Assembly (NCBI GenBank): GCA_963842085.1
Contig: CAWJET010000001.1
Coordinates: forward strand, 1,225,565-1,289,564
Direction of reading: 5' to 3'
DNA from: an uncultured delta proteobacterium
GTDB taxonomy: Bacteria > Desulfobacterota > Binatia > Binatales > Binataceae
Length of the DNA stretch: 64,000 nucleotides
Shown piece by piece: positions 27,393 to 37,387 of this stretch. Under the pieces are notes generated by a model, which made no database searches, was not told where the DNA came from, and saw only the letters and a list, made by a program, of their open reading frames with translations. The stretch's first letter is position 1. Every line of letters starts with the position of its first letter. Made by a program: the position numbers and the translations under genes.

Positions 27393-30125
27393 ATGCTGGT
27401 AATGTCGAAAGGCGCGCTCAGTGTCGGCCAGGCCGAGACCTACTATCAGGAGAAGTACTCCGAGGATGATTACTATACCGAGTCGCACCGCGTCACCGGC
27501 GAATGGTACGGAGGAGGGGCCGAAACTCTCGGGCTGAGCGGCGCAGTCAGCGAGGAGGATTTTCGGACCGTGCTGCGGGGAATGAGACCCGGTACGAGCG
27601 CGGTCCTCGTCAGCGCCGCCGCCGGCCGGGACGAGCGCCGCGCAGGCTGGGATGCGACCTTCAATGCGCCCAAGTCAGTCAGCATCCAGGCGCTGGTTGG
27701 CGAAGATTCGCGCCTGCTAGAGGCGCACCGGCGTGCGGTCGAGCGCGCGCTTTCGGAACTTGAAAAGTTCGCCCAGGCGCGTCAACACCGGGGACAGGAG
27801 TGGGTTACCAGCGCCAACATCGTGGCCGCCCGCTTCGACCACATTGCCGCGCGGCCATCGGAGACCGGTGCTAAAGACGGCTACGGCCCCGACCCTCACC
27901 TCCACACCCACGTCGTAATCGCCAACATGACGCTTAGGCCGGACGGCATGTGGCGGAGTCTCGACCCGGTTGAGATCTATCGCAGCCAGAGCTTCGCGAC
28001 CGCGGTTTACCGCTCGGAACTTGGCCGCGAGGTCCAAGCGCTTGGGTATCGAATCAGCGTGACTGCGGCCGACGGGCGCTGGGAGCTGCAGGGATACACG
28101 CGCGAACAGGTAATGGCGTTTTCGCGCAGACGCCAGGACATTGAAGCACTTCTGAATCGCCAAAACTCGACCGGAGCGGCAGCGGCGCAGATCGCCGCCC
28201 ATCAGAGCCGGCTTGCCAAAGAAAAGCGCAACGAAAACGAGCTTCGCGCGGAATGGAAGGCGCGCGCTCATGACAATCAAATCGCGGTCGCCGAGATTTC
28301 GGAACTCGCGCTCGCACGCGGCCCCTCGCGGGCGGTTTCTCCGGTGGCGATCGAGGAAGCGCTCAGCTTCAGCGTAGCTCACAACACCGAACGCGAGGCC
28401 GTTACTGACCGGCGGGCTCTGGAACGCACCGCTCTTCAGTACGCGATGGGAATCGCCGATCTCGAGGGCGTGCGGCGCGAGACCGGCATTCGGGAATCAC
28501 GTGGCGATCTAATCGCCCTCGCTGTCTCCCCTTCGTTCCCGGGAGTCGTCTACACCACACCCGAGATGGTGGCGCTGGAGCGCGAGAATCTCGAACTTAT
28601 GCGCCTCGGCAGAGGGCGCGCCCAGGCGATCACTACCGAACAGCACGCGCGCAGTTGGGCGTCGGGGCGCTCGATATCCGCCGAACAGGCACAGGCCGCG
28701 GCGCTGACACTGACTGCTACCGATTGGCTTACCTCGATCGAGGGGCGCGCAGGCGCAGCGAAGACGACTACGGTTGGAGCGCTCAACGACTTCGCTGAGA
28801 ACGCTGGCTACGCGGTGCGCGGTTTCGCTCCGACCACGCGCGCGGTCAAGGCGTTGTCCGAAGCGGGCATCGAGTCGAGGACCGTGGCAAGTCTGCTCGC
28901 AAGCCCGCTTCCTGATCGGGCACCCAAAGAGGTGTGGATCATCGATGAGTCGAGCTTGCTCGGTACTCACCAGATGAACGCCCTGCTGCACAAGGCGCGA
29001 GAGGCCGGGGCCGGTCGGGTCGTCTTCGTCGGCGATCAGCGCCAGCATCACGCCATCGAGGCCGGCCGGCCCATCCAACAGATGCAGCAGGCGGGCATGT
29101 CCGTCGCGCGATTGGAGACCATCCGTCGCCAAGTCGATCCCGGATTGCGTGAAGCGGTCACGCTCGCTTCGCGCGGAGAAATCGGACACGCGATCGCACT
29201 ACTCGAGCAGCAGGGCCGCATCCGCGAGATTGTCGATCCGAATGAGCGCCACGCAGCGATTGCGCGCGAATATCTTGCCGCGCACGAAGGAGCTGAAAAG
29301 GTTCTCGTCGTCAGCCCGGCCAACGACGAGCGCCGCCAGTTGAACGCCGCAATTCGCGCGGCCCTCAAGGACCGCGGGCACATCGGCTCCGACGGACGAG
29401 AACAGATCGTGCTCGTCAACCGCGATCTGACCCGACCCCAGCGCAAACGCGTCCAGAGTTACGAGGTCGGCGACGTGCTCCGATTCCGCCGCGGAAGTGC
29501 GCGCCTGAGTATCGAGCGCGGAAGTTACGCCGGGATCGAAGCAATCGATCCGGAACGGAACCAAATGGTGGTACGAGATGAAAGAGGAAAGGCTGTCACC
29601 TACGATCCCTCGCGCCTGTCCGGAGTCGAGGTCTTCCATCAAGAGCGGCGCGTATTCGGCATGGGCGACCGGATTCAATTCCGCGCGCCGGATCGTGCGC
29701 TCGGTGTCGCCAATGGAGAGTTTGCGGCAATCATTGCCATAGACGATCGCAAAGCACGTCTGCAGATCGACAACGGGCGCGAGATCAGCGCGGCCATCGC
29801 TCGTCTCAAGCACATCGACTACGGCTACGCGTCGACTTCTCATTCAAGCCAGGGCGCCACGGTTGATCGTGTGATCGCAAATATCGATACGCTCCGCTCG
29901 GCTGAGCTTGTTAACCGCAAACAGTTCTATGTCTCGATCAGCCGGGCACGCCTCGCAGCGACGATCTACACCGACGACCGTTCGGCCCTACAGCACGCGG
30001 TCAGCCGCACTCGCGAAAAGTCGATTGCCTTGGAGCGTCTCCATCTAAACGCGGGACGAGAAGTCACGATGGTTCCGGAACCACGCCGCCAGACCATCAC
30101 GCCCAGCTACGGAATCCGCAGGTGA
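27393..30125 (+). CDS. MobF-family relaxase/helicase (TrwC/TraI-like)
   Basis: 910 aa. N-terminal TrwC relaxase (..YYQEKYSEDDYYTES..GEWYGGGAE.. / HLHTHVV 3-His motif). C-terminal helicase domain. Confidence 0.9.
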   Translation: MLVMSKGALSVGQAETYYQEKYSEDDYYTESHRVTGEWYGGGAETLGLSGAVSEEDFRTVLRGMRPGTSAVLVSAAAGRDERRAGWDATFNAPKSVSIQALVGEDSRLLEAHRRAVERALSELEKFAQARQHRGQEWVTSANIVAARFDHIAARPSETGAKDGYGPDPHLHTHVVIANMTLRPDGMWRSLDPVEIYRSQSFATAVYRSELGREVQALGYRISVTAADGRWELQGYTREQVMAFSRRRQDIEALLNRQNSTGAAAAQIAAHQSRLAKEKRNENELRAEWKARAHDNQIAVAEISELALARGPSRAVSPVAIEEALSFSVAHNTEREAVTDRRALERTALQYAMGIADLEGVRRETGIRESRGDLIALAVSPSFPGVVYTTPEMVALERENLELMRLGRGRAQAITTEQHARSWASGRSISAEQAQAAALTLTATDWLTSIEGRAGAAKTTTVGALNDFAENAGYAVRGFAPTTRAVKALSEAGIESRTVASLLASPLPDRAPKEVWIIDESSLLGTHQMNALLHKAREAGAGRVVFVGDQRQHHAIEAGRPIQQMQQAGMSVARLETIRRQVDPGLREAVTLASRGEIGHAIALLEQQGRIREIVDPNERHAAIAREYLAAHEGAEKVLVVSPANDERRQLNAAIRAALKDRGHIGSDGREQIVLVNRDLTRPQRKRVQSYEVGDVLRFRRGSARLSIERGSYAGIEAIDPERNQMVVRDERGKAVTYDPSRLSGVEVFHQERRVFGMGDRIQFRAPDRALGVANGEFAAIIAIDDRKARLQIDNGREISAAIARLKHIDYGYASTSHSSQGATVDRVIANIDTLRSAELVNRKQFYVSISRARLAATIYTDDRSALQHAVSRTREKSIALERLHLNAGREVTMVPEPRRQTITPSYGIRR

Positions 30126-30617
30126 CCGATTCATGCCGAGCGTTGCTGTCGAATCGTTCCGTCCATCGTCGCTGCGCTATGAGCGCGGGCACTCGGGCTC
30201 CGCAAGCTTCGCCGCTCGGCCACGCGGCGCACGGCGCCGCTCGCGCTCCGCTTCGCGCCGCTGCGAAGGTAGCGCTTGCTGCGCTTGCAAACGCGCCACC
30301 GGCGCTGTCGCGCCGGACGCTGCGCTCGTCACGGTTGCAGCGCTCCACTGCGCGCATCTCAGAATCCAGCGCCGCCCTCCAGACTCGGTTGAGAGGGCGG
30401 CGCCTTCAAAATGCTGCGCACTCACTCAGGCATCGGCACGCCCTGGCCCTTCGGGCACGCGGGCGGAGACAATTCAGATTGGAGCCCTCGGGCTTCGTAA
30501 CAATGGCGGCTTAAATCTGCTCTTGACTTAAACTTCGTAATTAGCTAGATAGCTAGTTATGCTGTAAAGGGAATTTCATTCGAGTCTGGACTGACAGCGC
30601 CAGCCAATTTTTGTTCG

Positions 30618-30908
30618 ATGGCTGCGAACCACAAATTTGAACGCGAAAGCGAAGGAGCAGCGGCACGGCAAGTGGCGCTATCGGCTGTACTGCGCGCGAC
30701 CGCTGGGGATGCCAAAGTCCTCGAACTCTATCAGCTTCTCACCGCAGAACAGGCGGCCCGCTTTCTCGGCCTGGCTGAGCCGACCCTTCGCGACATGACT
30801 TATCGACACGAGTTGCCTCACGTAAAGGTTGGCAAGAGAGGCGTCCGTTATCGCGTTATTGATTTGATTGGCTGGAGCGACCGGCGGAGTGTTGCAGCTG
30901 CATCTTGA
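30618..30908 (+). CDS. Excisionase/AlpA-like DNA-binding protein
   Basis: ..LLTAEQAARFLGLAEPTLRDMTYRHELPHVKVGKRGVRYRVIDLIGW. Immediately upstream of the integrase. Confidence 0.6.
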   Translation: MAANHKFERESEGAAARQVALSAVLRATAGDAKVLELYQLLTAEQAARFLGLAEPTLRDMTYRHELPHVKVGKRGVRYRVIDLIGWSDRRSVAAAS

Positions 30909-31006
30909 GCGAGTGATCACGAAATAGCGAAACCGTGCTGACCAGGCCTTTTGTAACAGGAAACACGCCTGCTACCGGCTGACCGGCGGAGGAGGAGGCG
31001 ACGAAG

Positions 31007-32095
31007 ATGGCACGAGTGGGTAGCAGGGATCGCGGCCTTTTTGAGCGGCCGACGGGTTCCGGATCTTGGTGGATTAGGTATCACGATGTGAACGGAACAG
31101 AGCGGCGGGAGAAGGCCGGCCCGAAAGGACTTGCGCGCAAGCTTTACGAGAAGCGAAAGACTGAAATCCGTGAAGGCCGCTACTTTCCACCCGAACGCCG
31201 AAAACCGGTGATGTTTGCCGATATCCTCCAAAGCTACCAGCGCGCCGCAGAAGCGGAAGGCCGGTCTGAGGGATGGGGTCCAGAACGTTACCGCCGCTTG
31301 CGCGAGAGGTTCGGCGGCCAACCTGCAGCCTCAATTACTCCAGCAGCGGTCGAGGCTTTCCGTGATGAATTGTCGCGCGACCACGCGCCTGCAACCGTCA
31401 ACCGCCACCTCCAACTCTTGCGCGCCATTTTTCTCCGAGCGCTCCGCGACGGCAAAGTCGAATCAGCTCCAACTGGCAAGGTCAGATTCTATCGCGAGAA
31501 CAACAAGCGCGTGCGCTATCTGAGCGATGAGGAGGAACTCCGGCTCTTCGATGCGTTGCCGAATTGGTTACGTCCCCTCGTTACCATCGCGCTCCACACG
31601 GGTATGCGCAGAGGAGAGCTGCTCAATCTCAATTGGGCCGACGTTGATTTCACCAGCGGAACTATCACGGTCCGCGAACCGAAGTCAGGAGAAAACGAGC
31701 ACGTCGTGATGAACGATACCGCGAGCCAGACGCTTCGAGCTCTATGGGAGAAGCGATCAAAAGTCGTCGCGATCAAGCCTCGGGGACAAGACAATTCGGG
31801 CGGTTACGTTTTCACCGCACCTGAAGGCGGTTACATTCACACTCTCAACCGATACTGGTACCCAGCGCTAGGACGCGCCCAGATCGAATCCTTCCGCTTC
31901 CACGACCTGCGACACACCTTCGCGTCGCGCGCTGCTATGAGCGGCGTCGATCTGTATACTCTACAAGGTCTCATGAGGCACCGAAGTCCACAGATGACGC
32001 AACGCTATGCGCACCTAAGCGTGGCGCATCAGCGAGAGGCCGTTCGGACGCTTGACCGCTGGCAGCAGCGACAAAATGCGGCGTCGCAGAGTTGA
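31007..32095 (+). CDS. Tyrosine recombinase / phage-type integrase
   Basis: 362 aa. N-terminal arm-binding region (GSWWIRY..). Catalytic C-terminus ..HDLRHTFASRAAMSGVDLYTLQGLMRHRSPQMTQRYAHL. RBS GGAGGAGGAGG. Confidence 0.9.
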   Translation: MARVGSRDRGLFERPTGSGSWWIRYHDVNGTERREKAGPKGLARKLYEKRKTEIREGRYFPPERRKPVMFADILQSYQRAAEAEGRSEGWGPERYRRLRERFGGQPAASITPAAVEAFRDELSRDHAPATVNRHLQLLRAIFLRALRDGKVESAPTGKVRFYRENNKRVRYLSDEEELRLFDALPNWLRPLVTIALHTGMRRGELLNLNWADVDFTSGTITVREPKSGENEHVVMNDTASQTLRALWEKRSKVVAIKPRGQDNSGGYVFTAPEGGYIHTLNRYWYPALGRAQIESFRFHDLRHTFASRAAMSGVDLYTLQGLMRHRSPQMTQRYAHLSVAHQREAVRTLDRWQQRQNAASQS

Positions 32096-32217
32096 GGATT
32101 GGTGCCGGTTCTGGTGCCGGTTCGCCAACGAATTTCGACGGAATCCAACGAGTTCAGACGATGAAAAGTCTTTGTATTTCTTGGATTCTTGAGTAGCAGT
32201 ATCGGCGTCGGCGCGTT

Positions 32218-32259
32218 CTCATAACCCGGAGGTCGAAGGTTCAAATCCTTCCCCCGCAA
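32218..32259 (+). other. 3' fragment (anticodon loop to acceptor) of initiator tRNA-fMet(CAU); putative att site of the integrative element
   Basis: CTCATAACCCGGAGGTCGAAGGTTCAAATCCTTCCCCCGCAA matches tRNA-fMet from the anticodon loop to the discriminator. The 5' half cannot be paired, so this is not an intact gene. Confidence 0.6.
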
Positions 32260-32459
32260 ATAATCCCTATTTTTGGGCACGATTCCGCAATCGAGCTCAG
32301 GGCTTTGAACCACACTCCTGAGCAGAGAATTTTGCAAGTCAGCGGGAAAGGCCTGTCAAAATCTTGATTTTTGGTAGCAAGCGGGCACGCTAGACTCGCC
32401 CCCTTGGGTCAAATTGGAGGGGTTCGAGGTCGACAGTCTGCCGAACAGACTTTTAGCGT

Positions 32460-34166
32460 TTAGCCGGGAATCGAGGGCTCGAGCCCCTGCCCCGCAACCA
32501 TCAAACCAAACACCTTGCCTGTGAAGAGCAGACCGCCTGCGGTTGGCTTGATGGTCAAACGGGTGCACCTGTTGAAGCCAAGCCGAGGGAATTTGCGGTA
32601 GCTCTCTTCAAGTCCAAGACCGTGCTTCTCGAGATGCTGCGGGGTGAGTTTCTTCAACGCCTTCTTGCATATCGGGCACGAAATTTCCCGTTCACCGACG
32701 TCGGCGATCGTTATGCACTCCAGGGTTTGCTGCAAAAACTCCCGACCCAAATCGACGTGCGCGCACAGCGTCTCCGGCAAACGCGAGATGAAGTCCTCGA
32801 CAACCGTGCGATCGTATCGAACCTCATTGACAGGCGACCGAGGATCCGAACGAGCCCCCTTCTCCAGCGATTGAACCTGGTCCCAGATCTGTTGATATGA
32901 AAGCAGCGCCTCTTCCAGCGCACGGCCACCTAGCGCACCGCTCTTGACGGCGTCCATTATTGCATCGGCCTGAGCCCTCATTTTCTTGAGCTGTAGATGC
33001 GTGTCACCATTAGCATTGCGTTGAACGATCTGCGTCGCCGCCTTGACCAGATCATCGACGAAGCAGGTCAGACGGGACGCGAGTTCGGACAAAATAACAT
33101 GTTCAAGTGAGATGCGATGGATGCGGATCGGGTTCGAGCAAATCCCTGACTCGGCGTGGCTGCGACACCCGTAATGATTTTTGCCAACAACACTGAGGCA
33201 CGCTTCGCATGTCTCACAAAACAGGAGGCCCGAAAGCAGATGCGCAGTCCGGGAACGTCCATGTGCGAACAGACGTCTTCGGGTGCGCAGGCGGTGCTGG
33301 ACCGCTGCCCAGAGGTCGTCGTCAATGATACGGAGATCCTCGGATTGCCTGACCTCCCATTGCTCAGGCGGCCGCCAGCGATAAGCGCGACGTCCGGTCG
33401 AGGGATTCTTAAGCCACTCCCTGCGATTGAAGACGAAGTGCCCAATGTACTTTTGATTTTGAAGTATCAGGAAAACCGTGTTGGGCCGCCACGATCGCCC
33501 GTTCTTCTCAGCATTCAGGCGCTTCGCTACGGCCTTTTCGCCGTTACCTTCTCGGAACTCCTGAAAGATGCGCCGAACAACCACCGCTTCAGCAGGATTT
33601 ATCTTGATCCTGTAGCCGACCGGTTCCGATCTTCCGTGAGATCCTCCGGCCTCTGATGCACTCAGGCCGTGCACCGGCTCAGAAATGAATCCGTAGGTTC
33701 GGCCGCCGGTTGCGTAACCTTTTAGGAACTGACCGTCTAAACCGCGTTTCGTCGCTTTTCTGAGATCATCGAGATAGAGCTCGTTGACCAGGGATTTCAC
33801 CGTCACGCTGATCTTGGTTGTATCGTCCGCTGTGTTGATGTTGTCGGCGACGGCGATGACGCTGATTCCGATGAATCGCAAGCGCTTGATAATCGCATCG
33901 GTATCACCAATGTCGCGCGAGAGCCTCGAGAGCTGATCGACAACGATGGCATCAAACGGGCGCGGCTCAGCAGCTGCCGCGTCGAGTGCTCTTTGCAGCC
34001 CCAACAGCAACTTAAGGCTAGCGCCGGACGTGGCCTCGTCTGAGAACTCTGAAATGATCTTATGCCCGCGTTGATACGACCATCTCTGCACGATGCGCAG
34101 TTGGTCGGCGATCGACGTTTCCCGTTGATTGTCGGAACTGAAGCGACCGTAAAACGCGAGTCTCAC
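32460..34166 (-). CDS. Large serine recombinase (resolvase N-domain + recombinase + zinc-ribbon)
   Basis: 568 aa. N-terminus MRLAFYGRFSSDNQ (catalytic Ser). C-terminal Cys-rich zinc ribbon and coiled coil. Confidence 0.85.
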   Translation of the reverse strand: MRLAFYGRFSSDNQRETSIADQLRIVQRWSYQRGHKIISEFSDEATSGASLKLLLGLQRALDAAAAEPRPFDAIVVDQLSRLSRDIGDTDAIIKRLRFIGISVIAVADNINTADDTTKISVTVKSLVNELYLDDLRKATKRGLDGQFLKGYATGGRTYGFISEPVHGLSASEAGGSHGRSEPVGYRIKINPAEAVVVRRIFQEFREGNGEKAVAKRLNAEKNGRSWRPNTVFLILQNQKYIGHFVFNRREWLKNPSTGRRAYRWRPPEQWEVRQSEDLRIIDDDLWAAVQHRLRTRRRLFAHGRSRTAHLLSGLLFCETCEACLSVVGKNHYGCRSHAESGICSNPIRIHRISLEHVILSELASRLTCFVDDLVKAATQIVQRNANGDTHLQLKKMRAQADAIMDAVKSGALGGRALEEALLSYQQIWDQVQSLEKGARSDPRSPVNEVRYDRTVVEDFISRLPETLCAHVDLGREFLQQTLECITIADVGEREISCPICKKALKKLTPQHLEKHGLGLEESYRKFPRLGFNRCTRLTIKPTAGGLLFTGKVFGLMVAGQGLEPSIPG

Positions 34167-34454
34167 GAAGGTTCAACCGGATCGCGAAGCAAGACGGTAC
34201 AGATTCGATGTGATTTTCCGCTGTTCTCGACAATTCTGAAGCGGCTCGGATTGGTCTCGACGTACTTGCGAAAGCATCGGATCAGGGTATCTAACGTAGG
34301 GCGCAGACGATTCAAACTTTGCCGACGGTTGTACTTGTGCTTGCTTGGCATGATTTATCTTTCAAGAATTCATTGGATATCAAATATCCTAAATTGGGAT
34401 ATTCCAAATTCGAATGTATCATCCAGAACAAGACTTGGGAAGAGGCAGTAGGCA

Positions 34455-34676
34455 ATGGGGCGGAGTCTGCATTCCGAGAGATACAAGCACCTGCTCGCGC
34501 GCTTGCGAGAAGCTCGACGTCAAGTGGAGCTCACCCAGGTCGAGGTCGCACGCCGGCTGCGGCGTCCTCAATCGTACGTCTCAAAGTGTGAATCCGGAGA
34601 AAGACGGATTGACGTGATCGAGTTGGCCGAATTCGCGAATCTGTACGGAAAAAGCATTGAGTTTTTTGTCCGGTAA
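34455..34676 (+). CDS. XRE-family HTH transcriptional regulator
   Basis: 73 aa. ..LTQVEVARRLRRPQSYVSKCESGERRIDVIELAEFANLYG.. Confidence 0.65.
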   Translation: MGRSLHSERYKHLLARLREARRQVELTQVEVARRLRRPQSYVSKCESGERRIDVIELAEFANLYGKSIEFFVR

Positions 34677-34774
34677 GAGCGACGACTCGCTTTGCTCTCT
34701 GCAGCTCTTTTGGTTGTTTGACGGTCGGATACTGCGCACAAACCGCAGGCCGAATTTCCCCCATAGAAGCCATT

Positions 34775-34810
34775 GCGGTACCGGGGGTTCGAATCCGCCC
34801 CTCTCCGCCA
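34775..34810 (+). other. tRNA-Ser-like 3' fragment (T-arm + acceptor + encoded CCA)
   Basis: GGTACCGGGGGTTCGAATCCGCCCCTCTCCGCCA resembles the tRNA-Ser 3' end. No matching 5' acceptor strand (GGAGAGG) upstream. Confidence 0.4.
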
Positions 34811-35026
34811 GACAGTCTGTAGTGCTTCCCTATAATCTGGAGTGAGCGGAAAATCCCCGCGTGAGGCGGCGCTTGTGCGCTTGATGCGAACCGGAGAGCG
34901 CGAGACCTGCACCCGCTTCGGCGAATTTCCCGGGTTTGTCTCCAGGCGCAGAAAAGCCGGTTCGCTTCACGCTTCGAGCGAAATTCGCTCATCCATCGCC
35001 TTTCTGAAATGGGGCCGGTCGTGGCT

Positions 35027-36712
35027 CTAGTCGATTCCGATCGCCTTCAACTGCGCCGGCCATTCGAGCGGCAGATCGATCCGGTTGAGCAAAGTTTCGG
35101 TACTGAGCTCAGTTGGCTGTCGTCCTTGGCAGATTGCCTCGACGATGCCGGGTGCTGTGAATGCCAGGCGAGAGAGACGCTCGACGTAACGCACAGCGAT
35201 GCGCTCGCGTCGCGCGATCTCCGCTAACGAGCGCACGCCGCCCGAGGCCAACTCTTCAAACCACCCCCTCGAACGCGCCACCGCCTTGAGCAGTGCGGGA
35301 TCTACCTTCCGTGGCAGATCGTCACCGGCCGCGATGATAATGCGTGTCTCCACCCCGCGTCGTTTCATTCTGAGCGGGACGAAGCGAGATAAGTTGAGGT
35401 TGCTGCTGGTCCGCAGGCCTGCACGCGAGCACTGGACTTCGATTCGGAGTGTCACCGTTATGCCGTCATCGTGCATTTCGACTTTGCTCACGATCTCGAC
35501 AAGGGCCGCTGCGGCATCGGCCTCATTCTGCAGCCTCCGCGAGAAATTCGACGCCGATTCGAGAGTGGCTCTGAGATCGGGCGAATCGATGCCTGACTTC
35601 TCAAGCTCCTCCAGCAGTCCCGCCCGATCGCTCAGGATGTGTCGCGCGGCGATCGCTACCGCGCGCTCAAGCTCGGGCGCCGAGAGTCGCCACCGTTTTC
35701 CGTTGTCTCTCGCCGAGCCACCAACCAGGCACTTCGAGACGTAGTAGCGGTAGCGCCGCGTGCCCTTGGTCGCTCCCTGTACGTACAACGGCTGACCATC
35801 GGCGTCGAAGAGCTTTCCGGCAAGGGGACTACTAATCGATCTGTTTGATGTACCGCGACCGCGTGCGGCGTTCTCATTGAGCCGCTGCTGCACTCTCTCC
35901 CAGAGTTCCTTCGACAGAATCGCTTCGTGCAGCCCCGGATGGCGTTCCTGCTTGTGCCGGATTTCACCTATGTAAATCGAGTTAGCCAGCAGCTCGTACA
36001 ATGCTCCACGAGAGAACCGGCACCCTCCCGACTTGATGCCGTTGCGAGAGACGCGGACTTTCGACTTTATCCCTCTCTGCTCCAGTTCCTTGCTCAGCTG
36101 CCGGACGCACCCCAGTTCTAGGTAGCGCTCATAGATGTGCCTGACAGTTTTGGCTTCCGCAGGATTGACGACCAGCCGCCGCTCGCGAATGTCATATCCC
36201 AGCGGCGGCACGCCTCCCATCCACATGCCTTTGCGCTTGGAGGCGGCTATTTTGTCCCGGATGCGCTCGCCCGTTACCTCCCGTTCGAATTGGGCGAAGG
36301 AAAGCAGGACATTGAGCGTCAGCCGGCCCATCGAGGTGGTGGTGTTAAACTGTTGCGTGACGGCGACGAACGACACTCCGTGCGCATCGAACAGTTCGAC
36401 CATCTTGGCGAAGTCGGCCAGCGAGCGGGTCAGGCGATCCACCTTGTAGACCACGACCACATCAACGAGGCCTTCACCGATATCAGCGAGCAGGCGCCTT
36501 AGCGCGGGCCGCTCCATGGTGCCGCCCGATAGTCCGCCATCGTCGTATGCGGTCTTTACAAGTTTCCAGCCCTCGCTTGCCTGGCTCTTGATGAACGCCT
36601 CGCACGCTTCGCGCTGGGCGTGCAGAGAGTTGAAGTTCTGCTCGAGCCCTTCCTCAGAGCTCTTGCGCGTATAGATCGCGCAGCGGCGGGACCGAGGTTT
36701 AGATTGCTCCAT
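35027..36712 (-). CDS. Large serine recombinase
   Basis: 561 aa. N-terminus ..CAIYTRKSSEEG.. resolvase catalytic domain. Recombinase and C-terminal extension. Confidence 0.85.
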   Translation of the reverse strand: MEQSKPRSRRCAIYTRKSSEEGLEQNFNSLHAQREACEAFIKSQASEGWKLVKTAYDDGGLSGGTMERPALRRLLADIGEGLVDVVVVYKVDRLTRSLADFAKMVELFDAHGVSFVAVTQQFNTTTSMGRLTLNVLLSFAQFEREVTGERIRDKIAASKRKGMWMGGVPPLGYDIRERRLVVNPAEAKTVRHIYERYLELGCVRQLSKELEQRGIKSKVRVSRNGIKSGGCRFSRGALYELLANSIYIGEIRHKQERHPGLHEAILSKELWERVQQRLNENAARGRGTSNRSISSPLAGKLFDADGQPLYVQGATKGTRRYRYYVSKCLVGGSARDNGKRWRLSAPELERAVAIAARHILSDRAGLLEELEKSGIDSPDLRATLESASNFSRRLQNEADAAAALVEIVSKVEMHDDGITVTLRIEVQCSRAGLRTSSNLNLSRFVPLRMKRRGVETRIIIAAGDDLPRKVDPALLKAVARSRGWFEELASGGVRSLAEIARRERIAVRYVERLSRLAFTAPGIVEAICQGRQPTELSTETLLNRIDLPLEWPAQLKAIGID

Positions 36713-37178
36713 TGGTCTGCTCCTGGCGATTCGCCTTCAGTCCGAAGAAGCGCGGCCCCGACCACTTGGTGCCGGTGATTCGGTAAGCGACCTCTGACAG
36801 CGACTTGTACGGCTTGCCCCGGAAGACGATGCCGTCCTCGCGGACGATCACCTGATGCTGGGTGCCGTGCCACTCGCGTAGCAGAACTGTTCCCGGTTTG
36901 AGAGTCGGTTGAGGTGCCACGCGCATCGGCCGGTGTGCCGACGCAGCGGCGGCGACCTTTGCCAGCAATCGGCGCGTCGAGGGCTTGAGCCCACCGAGCG
37001 CCTTTTCCTGGATCCGATAGGCAAGGGCGCGCACCAGCAGATCGCGGCTGATGCGCCCCGGCGGTTCGGTGCAGTAGAGCGCCCACCAGCGTTCCTTGAG
37101 ATCGGCCGGAGTAGCCTGTCGTAGCGCCGCGATTTCGTGCGCCAGTGCCGAAGTAGTTGAAGATAATTTGTGTTTCAT
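36699..37178 (-). CDS. DUF2924-family protein (serine-recombinase-associated)
   Basis: 159 aa, overlaps the start of the downstream serine recombinase. DUF2924 commonly precedes large serine recombinases in integrative elements. Confidence 0.55.
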   Translation of the reverse strand: MKHKLSSTTSALAHEIAALRQATPADLKERWWALYCTEPPGRISRDLLVRALAYRIQEKALGGLKPSTRRLLAKVAAAASAHRPMRVAPQPTLKPGTVLLREWHGTQHQVIVREDGIVFRGKPYKSLSEVAYRITGTKWSGPRFFGLKANRQEQTNGAI

Positions 37179-37387
37179 GTGCTGCCCGCCCTCCAGCGCG
37201 GGCAGTCACACACATCGCTCTGGTTCGCCTCCGAAGCCAGTCAACGTGTTCACGCTCCGTTCGCCTTCTCATCGCCTTCGCTCGCGCTGGCAGGTCGCAG
37301 GAAAATGAGCGCTCACCGCTCGCTTCGTGGGCGCAACAGAGCAAACATCCACGGTCAGCCAATATATGGCTGAAGGAGACCAAGAAA

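Noticed and set aside
32180-32262. Intact tRNA-Met gene downstream of the integrase
   Set aside because: Only the 3' 42 nt (anticodon loop onward) match tRNA-fMet. The upstream sequence cannot form the anticodon, D or acceptor stems.
34700-34812. Intact tRNA-Ser gene
   Set aside because: The T-arm and acceptor 3' strand with CCA are present. There is no complementary 5' acceptor strand (GGAGAGG) or D-arm within 120 nt upstream.
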